A DNA stretch of 64,000 bases from Lingula anatina (taxonomy: Eukaryota > Animalia > Brachiopoda), in NCBI GenBank assembly GCA_051362555.1, contig CM120640.1, positions 16,740,001-16,804,000 of the forward strand. The letters are read 5' to 3'. The notes below the pieces were generated by a model. The model made no database searches. It saw only the letters and a program-made list of their open reading frames with translations, and had not been told where the DNA came from. The position numbers and the translations under genes are program-made. Positions within the stretch are counted from its first letter, which is position 1. The number at the start of each line of letters is the position of its first letter. Shown piece after piece: positions 14,412 to 25,991 of the stretch.

Positions 14412-15898
14412 AGAGCCCGCTTAAGTTTTTTTACTGCAATTATAAATACACAAAAAGGATGGCCTGTTAACTTGCAAAATCCTGAGAAATGGCCACGGAG
14501 TGTGAGACTAGACTATAGTGGCAGTGGCAGACCGTGTAAGATTTATACCAAGTCCACGTATTTGTTCTTCATTTAAATAGACTGAGGCACGAGATTAGAG
14601 AAAAAACATAAAGAAAACAAGTTGCAACTAAGCTTGGACCAACTTGAAGTGAGAACCCATCAAACACTTTTTAACTTTTTTATTGGTGGTTGGATTTGGA
14701 AGAATGGAATGAGAGGTCAAAGAAAAGGATTCCTCCGAAGCTAAGGGGAAAGCCCCCCAGGATCCGCCGTCACAATGAAACATGTTGCTTACCCGTGTCA
14801 CGTCATGCACCTGCTAAACAACAGGCGAATCTGCTCACCAATATGTCTCCTGCGCAGTTGAAAATACGTTTTTGGAGAAACACATGTGCTTAACCGCACC
14901 AGCTTTTGACTTATAATAAACGAAGTTGGAGGGGAGAACTATCAGAGTGTTGACTGCCTCCCCCCCCCCCCCCAGAAAAAAAATAAATAAAAATAAAAAA
15001 CAATACAGCCCACGCTAATGCTAAAAAGAGGAGAAAAAAAGCGTATTTCATCTTGGACAAATAAAGCGTTTCCTATGGTACATGTACTCAAGGAGTTATA
15101 ACTCCTTGATGTACTAAACTCTGCAAAATGCTTTGGTAGCATTTTTTCTTTTTAGTTACAGCAAGGTTGGAGGCGCTCCTCCTTTCACCTGCATCCAACA
15201 GTGCTAATACAAAGACTGCAATTGTCCAATTTATGCATGGTTGTTATAATAATAATAATATGTGTCCGTTAATCACACGTGGGTCAGCCTGACACCGGGA
15301 GGCAACAAAAGGTTGACTCAGAAGCCTAACAATGCTCTGTCTCGTACATAACACCGTATGTCTACCATTATGTAACCGTGTGAATGCATCCCTTCTGTGT
15401 TATTTTGTTTTGTGTCCCGGGCGTCCACCAAACTTACTGGTATGGCCACATAATCGATCCAGGATCAACACAGTCAATTAACGAACAAAAAGGGGTTGTA
15501 TCGGTCCATACACAATTTTAAGCAAGAAGTTGAGATGCAAAACGTTATGTGGGAGCACTGAAAAGTTAGCCTTTTAAATTACGTGCATAACGTGATTTCA
15601 ACTAGTGGCGCAGAAGGCTCGCACGGAACGAGGATCTAAAAATGCGGCAGTGTAAACACCACTTTTAACTTCTCCGTCTCAAACACCCCATGCGGCAAAG
15701 AAGGATGTTCTCCTTGTTCACACGGCACAGTAAGGAAGGATGGGTTCGTTTGCCAAAATGACCCACACGATCTAGGTGCACGTAATTCAGGAAGATGGAG
15801 TAAGCTGGTGAAACGAGTGATACTGTCATTTATACTAAAGGCGCCCACATTCATAGATAAGAGAACTACTGGATTTTTTTTTCACTGCGACAGACAGC

Positions 15899-15958
15899 AT
15901 GCAATCCTTTGGAGAAATATCGAAAAGGCCCACAAACCCATGGCATCAGTTTAAACAT
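15899..15958 (+). CDS. Candidate alternative first coding exon of the BAIAP3-like gene
   Basis: ATG...MQSFGEISKRPTNPWHQFKH then GTAAGT, phase 0. It sits at the end of the CpG-rich zone and is phase-compatible with the exon at 23274. Confidence 0.35.
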
Positions 15959-18117
15959 GTAAGTATTCAAACTGCTTTTTTTTCCATTTAAACTAAACAC
16001 TTTTAATCGCAGAAAGCATGCTGCATTCAACATTATAATTAACGGTGGATTTTCCAGTAATCCAGCCATGCACAGGGTCTTGTTTTACATAAGTTATTCA
16101 GACATTCAATCGGTCGAAATTGTTAGAATAAGATTTTATTTTACTTTGACTTAGATATCCTTATAAAGCGAAATGCTACGTCTGTTCAGTACAGGAAAGA
16201 CATGTCTAGAATGGTTTAGACCAATACTACTGCAGAATTATCCTGCAATGAATTTGAATTTGGTTAAAAACGGCAGACCAAATTTGTTGTATAATTATTT
16301 TTGTGAAATCAGCCAAAAGTGATCGGGTTTGTTGATGAACTGGGTTTTCATCAAGTATGTTTATCTTAATAAATGTTAAATACTACTTACTTAAACAAAA
16401 CCAAACAAAACAAAACAACAACATTGTGGAGTTGAGCATTGTTGATCTGGTAGAAATGAATCACTTATCAAAAGTACTTAAGGAAATGTTACCTGCGAGT
16501 GTGAGAGAGTAGGGTTGGAGATTTTATATATATTTGTGACTTCTGTTTATTTTTTATGACTTCTGTATATTTTTATGACATGTATATTTATAAAGTAACT
16601 TAAAGGTTATAACTGCATTAGAAATTATCCTCAAGTCATATACTGCAAAGCTGATTTCAACATTTTCTTTTGAAATGTACAGAAAGACATGAAAGCCTAA
16701 GTATTTACTAAGTGACTGGGTAATCATTTAGAACTATGTTAATTAGAAATATTAGGTATAAACATCAAATCTAAGTGCAGGGACCAACTGAGCATAGATT
16801 CATAAGTAGCAGAAAAAAATTTAAGGAAAATAAGATTAGGCAGAAAAACCCCGGATGTGATTCGGTTTTGCTTTGCTGTCTGTGGCCAAAAAAGCCAATC
16901 AATTTTGCCTGTAATTTGAAATTAAAACATTCAGATATTTCAGATGGGAATGTAAACGTGGTTTACATGTTTGCCAAGTTGTGATTTTAGTTTAATAAAG
17001 ATTGAATGAACATTTTAGACACAAAGTAGTTGATTTCACTGATAACTATATAAATTAAGACAAAGATATTAGTAAAGAAGGAGTTGAGACCTACTACATG
17101 TAAACTTAGCTCCTTTCAGGTAATCACACTCATGAAATGTACTTTCAAAACATGACAAAAAATACATTAAAGATTAGCTATATTTTACACATTATCATAT
17201 TATTAAAAGCTTTGTAATATTTATGAGATTTATGATGCTTGCCATATTAATGCTTAGAGTGGTTTGTATTTGTGGTGTGTATTTACAGGGGATGATGTTG
17301 GTGGTAAATTCATGAAAAGCTGCATGAGAAAAATTTCTAATAAAGTGCCAAATGAGCATTTCATAAAAACAGCAACAGATGCCAAGATTTGTGTTATAAG
17401 ACGGCTAATTCAAAGATAAGACACTGTGTACACAATAGGTACAAACTCTTCATGTCCATAAGTAAACATCTGCTGACACGGTGATAGCCCAATGTAAATG
17501 TTAGATTTCAGAGACAACTGCTGAGGTTTTGCACTTTATCTCGGTTTATTTTGACGCCAAACCCCTGTCACATGAGATGGAATCAGCAGCATCATTTCAA
17601 CAGGTACACTAAGTTTGTTGTTTATCGAAACTGGAATGAAAAAGGACTGTGTTTGACTTGCTCAGGGCATGTCTTTTTGTTTACCCGAGTTAGGAGCTTT
17701 TCTCAGTGATGGGTAAAAGAGCAAATTTTTCTCTGCTCATTTTAAACATGCACAGTGTAATGTTTTGAGACTTCTTTTATTCAATATTTATTATAATAAA
17801 CAAAAAATATACACTATAATCATATTTTGGGACAAGGCATGTAAACTAGCAAAAGAGCACAGAATGGCGTCACCATGTTGCGGCTCTATTTCCCAACAGG
17901 TGGGTCTAAGGTGGTCTAAGCAGTTTATGCATCTAAAGCTGAAGATAACAATCTTTTCATTTAAGGCCTTTGAAAGAACCACTTATGTTTCAAGAATACA
18001 TCATGCAGTATGCCATTTAAAGTGTGTGATGAAAAGGTAATGTTAATTGATCATGCAAGGAGAAATAACATACTAACACCTTCATTCACCTTTGTTATAC
18101 ATTAATTGTTATTCTGA

Positions 18118-18884
18118 GACCGCATTCACAACGATTTGAGCCAGGGTTTACAAATCCTGAGACTAAATATGGCAGACGTACATGAAAGGAAAACCGCCTA
18201 ATCTTTTAATAGTCTCTCCGCCTCTCACACGCCTCCCCACACGTCGTCCCTGCGGGGTACAGTCACTAAATCTCGGCTCCGTTCGCCATGTGGAAGCTAC
18301 CTGAGAAAAAGAAATGAATGGCTATTAGAGCAGCTATGAATCGGGATCAAAATCATGAAAACACCCCCCTTCCAGTTCGATCAGGCGTAGGGAACAATTA
18401 AGGCAAACATCAGCATCAGAACGAACTGCGCACTCTGACGAGACTGCATATGCAAAAATTCTGCCCTCCTCCTCCTCCGTCTACTGGGGCTGGGTATCTC
18501 CGTGAATATCTCTGGTGACATTATCTCCATAGATAGCCGATTCATTGCTGCTCTACGGGCCAATTCATTTCTTTTTCGTCTCTGTTTTGAGAGATAATAG
18601 AACAGAAGAGCTTAAGCTTTTTTTCCTTCGGTCGCCTCCAGCCGCCATGCTTTCTTCACCTCGAGTTTAATTGATGAGCATGCGCACTTAATATTTCTCA
18701 GGTAGCTTCCGCATGGCAAACGGAGCCGAGATTTAATGACTGTACCCCGCAGGGACGACGTGTGGGGAGGCGTGTGAGAGGCGGAGAGACTATTAAAAGA
18801 TTAGGCGGTTTTCCTTTCATGTACGTCCGCCATATTTAGTCTCAGGATTTGTAAAACCTGGCTCAAATCGTTGTGAATGCGGTC
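18118..18884. mobile_element. PIF/Harbinger-like MITE with ~190-bp TIRs, TSD TGA
   Basis: 18118-18308 (gaccgcattcacaacg...ctacctgagaaa) is the near-perfect reverse complement of 18694-18884. TGA flanks both ends. An inner imperfect inverted repeat lies at about 18306-18344 / 18537-18576. Confidence 0.9.
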
Positions 18885-19238
18885 TGACATGCAAGATGAT
18901 CTTGTGGGTTGTTTAGAACTGCAGTTTAAACCACAAGTACCCTGATATTCAGAGGACACAGTCACACTGGGAATTCACCTCTCTGTTATCAGAGTGCCTC
19001 TGCCAATATCCAGTGTCCTCTCAAACTCAGGGTGGCCACAAGTGCAGTATATGTAAATCTTATTATTATTATTATTATTATTATTTTGTAACAAACAATT
19101 GATGCAGATGCCTTTGATGGTCACTTGCATTGGTCACAGTTAAATAATGAAAAAAATAGTTCTGTTAGGCTAATGCCGTTACAAATATATTTTCAATAAT
19201 AATGCAATATAATTTTTTTCACCATCGGAAGTGCTTTA

Positions 19239-19612
19239 GGGACCGTTCACATGAAAAATCTATTTTCTAAAAATATATTGGTGGTATCTTGTGATCACGG
19301 TCTGTGCCCTTGACGAATGCGCAGTAGGAAGTTAGAAAGTAAATGGTGGTCGCAGTTGCTTTGAAAAATGTGTTGGTCAATTTTGTGCAACAACAAGCAC
19401 TATCACTAGCCATATTACGCGTCTGTATGCTTGAGTCGTCACAACTAAACTGATGAACTCCGCAGCCGAGAATTAATTACAGCTTTAGAAGTAACTGGCT
19501 CGTGCTGCCAGTAATTACGCTGTGGGGTATTCAGGGCACAGACCGTGATCACAAGATACCGCCAACAGATTTTTAGATTTTTAGAAAATAGATTTTTCAT
19601 GTGAACGGTCCC
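19239..19612. mobile_element. PIF/Harbinger-like (Tourist-type) MITE, TSD TTA
   Basis: TTA-gggaccgttcacatgaaaaatctattttctaaaa...ttttagaaaatagatttttcatgtgaacggtccc-TTA. The TIRs extend about 75 bp with a small indel. Confidence 0.92.
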
Positions 19613-20085
19613 TTAGACAGATAGGTCAGGAGATTATTCAACATACATGTAGATATGAAAATTAATGTGTTTTTTTGACAACATAATTTGATATTGTGGT
19701 TGAACTTTGTAAGATGATATAGCTAGTAAATCAAGAAAGATTTGTTATAATCTGTATAATGGGAGGTGTGAATTGTTGTAAAAGATGGGTAAGTACTGGT
19801 CAATTTTGTTCTACAAATTCATGTTGTTAAAATCAAGACTTAGACTTGGACACTTATTCCAGTCCAACAAAGATTCGTGGTAGGCAATGATCAGATTAAT
19901 TTCAGCTTACGTGCACACAGACAAAAACAATATTTTATTCCATAAAATTTGTGAAAGATGAAGTATAATATAGTATAATAGTATAATTTCCCTGACAGGA
20001 TGAGTTATATGGAGTCTACTGAACAGTATATATGCACTGTATCAGCACTGTCTGACCAATCTCAACCTCAGTCTGAAATATCTTA

Positions 20086-20477
20086 GGGCGTATTCAGATT
20101 CGCATGTCGTGTTAGCTGGGATGGTCCAACTCCTGTGGGATTCTCACTAAGTCCAACAAAGATTCGTGGCCATTCAGAATGAGAAGAGCTGAGTGCTACC
20201 TGGTCCACGGCCTAAATATGGCAGACCTAATGAAAGGAAGACCGCTTAATCCTGTAACGGTCTATCTGCCTCTTTCACGCCTCCCCACATGTCATCCCTG
20301 CAGGGGCACAGTAATTAAATCTCGTCTCAATGCGACCGGACGAGGGACAACACCTAGGGAGGCCTGCTAGAGGCGCAGAGACCATTACAAGATTAAGCAG
20401 TCTTCCTTTCATGAAGGTCCGCCATATTTGGGCTGTGGACCAGCTAGCACTCGACTCTTCTCATTCTGAATGGCCCC
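20086..20477. mobile_element. PIF/Harbinger-like MITE related to the 18118-18884 element
   Basis: TIRs ggccattcagaatgagaagag... (20168) and ...ctcttctcattctgaatggcccc (20477). The subterminal sequence (ctaaatatggcagac...atgaaaggaa...cctccccaca) is shared with the 18118 element. An outer left end, TTA-gggcgtattcaga at 20086, gives a TTA TSD. Confidence 0.8.
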
Positions 20478-21501
20478 TTAGTGTCCATTGTCCAATTTGT
20501 TTTTTTAATTTATCAAAAAATGACACCAAAGTACTATGTCCATCAAATAATATTGGGCCACTGTGTATTTTCAAATGTTACAGGTATCAATGCAACTTAT
20601 ATAGTGAACGTGGCCGAGTTATATATTGGTAATAGCAATTTTATTGGAATTTGATTTATTTAAAGACAACTTGAAATCAACTTGACATTTGGCGAAATTA
20701 GATTTTACAAAGTTTCTCCATGTGTAAAAAAAATTTTTGAAAAAAAAATGTTTGAGTCAATCAATGGATATTTGTAAAAAGCTCAGAATAATAAATTTTG
20801 CAAGGATGGGAAAATAGATTTTAGGAGAGAAAAACATGATTTTTGCATGTCATTCTCAAAATACTCTTCTGGTTCTTAAAACAGTTTGACAATGGAGAAA
20901 AATCAAGATGCTGATGAAATGCAGATGGAATGCCCCTTCAAATGCTTTAATATCAACACAGTGTGTACAATTCTTTTGAAACCTCCTCTTTATTTGCTTT
21001 GAACTACAGGTATGTGGTCGAGAAGTAAACATCACGTAGACATGATTGGGCAGAATTTTCATCAGCAGCTTTATTATTATTATCATAACACTGATAAAGA
21101 AAGGGGATGCAGCTGGACTCCTTTCCAATTTCCAAATTCCCAATGTGCTGGCTTTTTTTCCCTATTTTTCTGTTCTTTTGGCATCAGTTATTTCCTTATG
21201 GAGTTATCAGCACCACCGTTCTGTTAGTTATTTAATCTCCGGAAACAGAGGCTGTCCTTGCTTGCAGTGATTTTTTTTGCATTGTTAATTCCAGTGTACA
21301 TAACCAATCTGACCCACCCCATCCCAAGGAAGAGTCCAAAGTTAAATTTGCATGTGCTTAAATTTATCAAGTTTGTAATGTAGTTACATGTGATACCCAG
21401 TACATAAATGCCGAGTGATTGTGAACTCACTAGTATAGAGGGTATAGATTTACATAAGGAAAAGCAACAGACTGCCTTTTAGCAGTGAACATAGCATAAA
21501 C

Positions 21502-23895
21502 ATGTCAGTTAGGAGGAAAAGAACTCTATGGGGGTCAATGAAATACAAGTTCAGTAGAAGTTTTCATGGAAGAAGCACAGAGAAAGACAAGGTAAATACT
21601 TGTTTGGCTAATTCTGACAGGGGGATTTTCACGTATTTTGTTATATGTGGGGTCATGCTCACCCCCCATTCCCTCCGTTACATCATTTTCAACCATGAAA
21701 CTTTTTCCCTTATATATCCTTACGAATTAACTTGAAGAAAGTTGATATGATGTGCTGATTAATGCTTATTTTAAAGTTTAAAACTTCTTTTGTATGATAA
21801 TATGTTCTTTTGATAAGGAATTCACTAAAGAGAAAAGCTGTCACTCATGCACAAAAAATACTTTGGAGTGTACCTCTCTCTTTATATATATGTTTTATTG
21901 AGGTTTTTCATAAGGAGTAACAGCAAGACAAAAAATTTATAAAAGATTCAGATTAACACATGTATCATGTGGGTGGGGAGGGGGCACTATCTGTTGAGTA
22001 TTGTATGGTTTTCTGGATTTATAGCTGATTTTCATGAGCTTTGCTAAAATGATTTTTCATCATTTATTTATGCAGTGAAGCCAGGGTTGACTAGAGCTAG
22101 CATGGAGGTTATAGGGGGCATTATAACTATGCCATGGGTAACTTTGCCAACAGTGCCAACAGTGACTGCTAGCTGTATGGCAATGTTTACCACACACATA
22201 TATAAAGGCTTTCTTCATTTACATGTATGTTGGGTTGTTAAGTTCAAAATTGACATGTCCACTGATATATATTCATTCCAAAGTGAAATTTCTGCAATAT
22301 TTTCATTATTAAAAAAATAATAATAATACTGATAATAATGGGGGTTAAACTGCAAAACCTACAGTAACAAGTTTGATTCTTTGGGAGAAGAAAGACAAAC
22401 ATAGTAACAACAGAATAAAATACATTTATATTTTAATTGCATATTTTTTATTAACTTACAGTATTGGTGTTGGGAGGTGGGGTGAACACAGAATGGCCTC
22501 CTATGAATAGCATGAACTTATTTAGGTCACCACTATGTCACAGGAAATATAGGCCCTAGAGAAATGAATCATTTTGCTATTCCAGAATATTTATTTTGGT
22601 GTCAGATAACCATGTCTCAAGAACTAGTCCTGGAGTAGGTAGACTGAATAGAATCTGAATATTGCATTTTAATCACTCTATTTTTTGACAGACCTCATTA
22701 ACATCATAAAACACATTAACATAAGACTTAATGTCAGACTGCCCAAATATTTATATGTACCAGGCAGTGGATAATGAATTATCGAGAGTTGTTTATAATT
22801 AACTTAATGTTCTCTACTAGTCTTGCCATTTCTGAGATTTATTACATACTGTTTCATACACAATGAAAAAATTTCAAATAAAAAAGATTAGATTGAAAAA
22901 AGGCACTTGAGGGGGGTTGAGCAATGAAGAAACAAAACCAGTCCACATACTATGAATTAAGTTTACAGCCGAGTTTAAGACAGCATATAAGGAATTTATC
23001 ATTGCTCAATTTTAATTTAAACTGGAAAAGAGTTATTATAAGCAATCACTACATAAATTCAAGATAGCAAGGGCTAAACTTGAAATACTTTCATCATTTA
23101 TTATTTCTGATTGAATAAAGTCTTAAAGTAAATAATGTGTTTATACTGGCCCGGTAATTTGACAAGCCCAGTAGGCGCCTAGTAAGGTGAAGGAGATTCA
23201 AATAAATAACGCTGATAATATCAACTTTTTACTTGAGGCTTGTGCACTGAATCATGTTATATTTTTCGTCTAGGCTTTAAAAGTTCCCTCAAGTCATGGC
23301 AGCAGCTTAGACAGCATGGAAGAACATGGAAAGAGAAAGGTAATGTTTACATCTTTTATAAATCATTTCACTTTTTTTTTCATCTGCAAAAAGCCTTGTC
23401 TGGATACACCCTACTTCCTAAATTCCAGACTCATGTATACTATCACATCACTAATGTCCATAATTTAATTTAAAGTACATGCCTTTGTCAGCTTATGAGT
23501 AATTAAGTAAAACATTAGACTTGCAGCAATTTATAGGAAGACCTGCCCTGCATTAGATATATTGACTAATACATGTATGTATAGAATATCAGGCTTGATT
23601 TAGAGCAGTGACGATAATAGAAACAAATGTGCACCATTACAGAAATGTGACGAAAGCACAGAAGTACTTGTCTTGAATCCAATTGCTTGCATGACACATA
23701 GAGCGGCCTGCCTGCTCCCATTAAATACTTGAGTGTAACCTATAACTACCAGAACTATACTTGAGTGTTGCCCATTTCTTGAGATTTTATTTGATTTCTC
23801 AAGTGAGAAGAAGAGAAATATTGCTTGTTGCCAGGCCTTAGTTAATATGTGAGTATTTATTTTGCGATAAGCTAAGATGGTTTATGCATGTATGG

Positions 23896-23954
<59 letters not shown>

Positions 23955-25787
23955 CTCTTGTTATGTGCAGGTCTAAGGTATGCGTGCAGACTTTCGAAAT
24001 ATTTAATAGTGCTTGTGCCATTTAAAATTTTTTTAATGAATCTGTTAAACATTTAGAAAAAAATATTTGGGGGTTTCTGCAGAATAAACCTTAGGAATTC
24101 AGTTAAAAAATCGTGAATTTTGGTTTTTGGTAGATTATGTTTTGGTCATTTTTATAAGTGCCACATACACTAGTACTTTCTGGTTTTAAAGAACTCTTAG
24201 ATTCCATGTGTATTGCATAACATACGGCAATGTCATACAAAAAATTATTGTATAGTCATTAAGAAATATCTTGAGTACTGTCAATATTTGTCTATTTGCA
24301 AAACTGCGAATGAACAGATAAATGAACAGATAAACATCTTTCAAGGTATTGCAGGAAGTGATGGGCAAATGAAACCTTACCAACTGGTGTTTTTTAATGT
24401 GCAATGTGCAAGTTTCACACAACAACAATAAAATTCTTAGAATGAATCACTGCACATGTAAATAAATTAACCCACATAGATGCCATAGAAGAAGTATAAC
24501 TGATAGCTTTAAGTGAAATGGCTTTTTGCAGATTTGATTTCAGTTTTACTGCTGTATATTGTATCTCTTTATGAGTTTATATTCAAGAAAAATTCACTGA
24601 ATGATAAATGGACAGTCTGTTGGTCAGGTAAATGGTCATCTGCTGGTCAGTGTGATCAGGAGACTTTCACTGAGCTTTTATCATTATGTAAGAACTACAG
24701 ATGGAATTTCAGGTATGTGAAGTTTGTAAAGAGTGAAAGTAATTTTACTGGCTGGAAAATCTTTTGATCCATATTTCATTAACTCCCCACCCCCTTTCAA
24801 AAAAAGGAAAAAACAAATTGCAATGCCAATTTGAAAGGTATCAGAATTGATTCTAAAGTTAAATGAAAGACCAAAATCACCAATAAATATGCCTAAGAGC
24901 ATCTAGTGTGAAAATGGCACATTTTACATTCAGTAAAAAAGTTCATACTGGGTGCTACATTAATCTGAGAAAGACAATAATGTTAAAGGAAAGCATGTAT
25001 TTCAAATTCTTAGAAAAAAGTTTTAAACTACTTCCTTATTGGAATCTCTTTTGATTGGTCTCCTTATTTCATATACCTTCGTAATTCACTACTACCTGTA
25101 TATCTGACACAAAAAAATTACCTGTACTATAGCTCGTAGAACATTAGGGTATTTTAAACTGTACAAAAATTCAAATCACTTCATAAGAAAATGATGAATG
25201 ACTTTTTATAAAGAAAATTTGCTGTCAATTTTCAAAGTGAAAGAAATTACACTGGTGGAAAATCGTCTTTCCACGAAATTTTCAAGTTATTATTGTAGTC
25301 TCAAGCATATGAACTTACCACATTTCAATAGAAATCGGACAGATTATGAAAGTTTGTGACATCCTGGTATTAGACAGTGGCAGAGAGATAATAGTTGGAC
25401 CAAAAATCATACAACCTCCAGGCAGATAACCCATTTTTAAATCATCAGAAGAAAGACAACTTTTACACTCCTACCACACCTGAATTGCATCTATTTTTGG
25501 ATGGCAGTTTGGTAATTATCTATTGTTGGAAACGTGAGGCGGAAAGAAACATCCACCATGGGACATGTAAATGCAGTAAACAAGTATTGTTAAGGGATGT
25601 GCGCAAGTGACCAGTGGTATTAAATAACTAGCTTCTGATCAGAAACAGTTAACTTGATCTTATATTATTTACTGAATGGCATTGGTTTTGAAATAAAAGG
25701 CCAAGGTTTCAGCTGTTGAAATCATAGGCAAGGAAGAATATGAGAAAATTGAACTGCCTGAAGACGACAACTCACAATGAGCACCTG
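21502..25787 (+). CDS. Candidate N-terminal exons of the BAIAP3-like gene
   Basis: Phase-0 compatible chain: 21502-21591 (MSVRRKRTLWGSMKYKFSRSFHGRSTEKDK|GTAAAT), 23274-23339 (ALKVPSHGSSLDSMEEHGKRK), 25728-25787 (ARKNMRKLNCLKTTTHNEHL), joining the exon at 25992. Based on splice signals and frame only. Confidence 0.45.
23898..23950. repeat. (AT)n microsatellite
   Basis: Perfect AT run. Confidence 0.95.
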
Positions 25788-25991
25788 GTGAGAAAATAGC
25801 TTTTTCATATTTTCGTTTGATTAAAAAAGTTTATGTGGGATGTTGCAATAGTCTGGGAGAGAGCAATGGACAGACGCCCAGCTATCCACCTGTTTACAGT
25901 GCATAGGGACAAGCCAGAAAAGCTGTTACCCACATCTTTTAGACATAAAATTCAGTTTTGAAAAGTTATTTCTTCTTTTTATTTCATACAG

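Noticed and set aside
24213-24767. ORFs or exon candidates between the BAIAP3-like N-terminal exons
   Set aside because: I could not join them in phase with the flanking exons, and they have no recognisable family motif.
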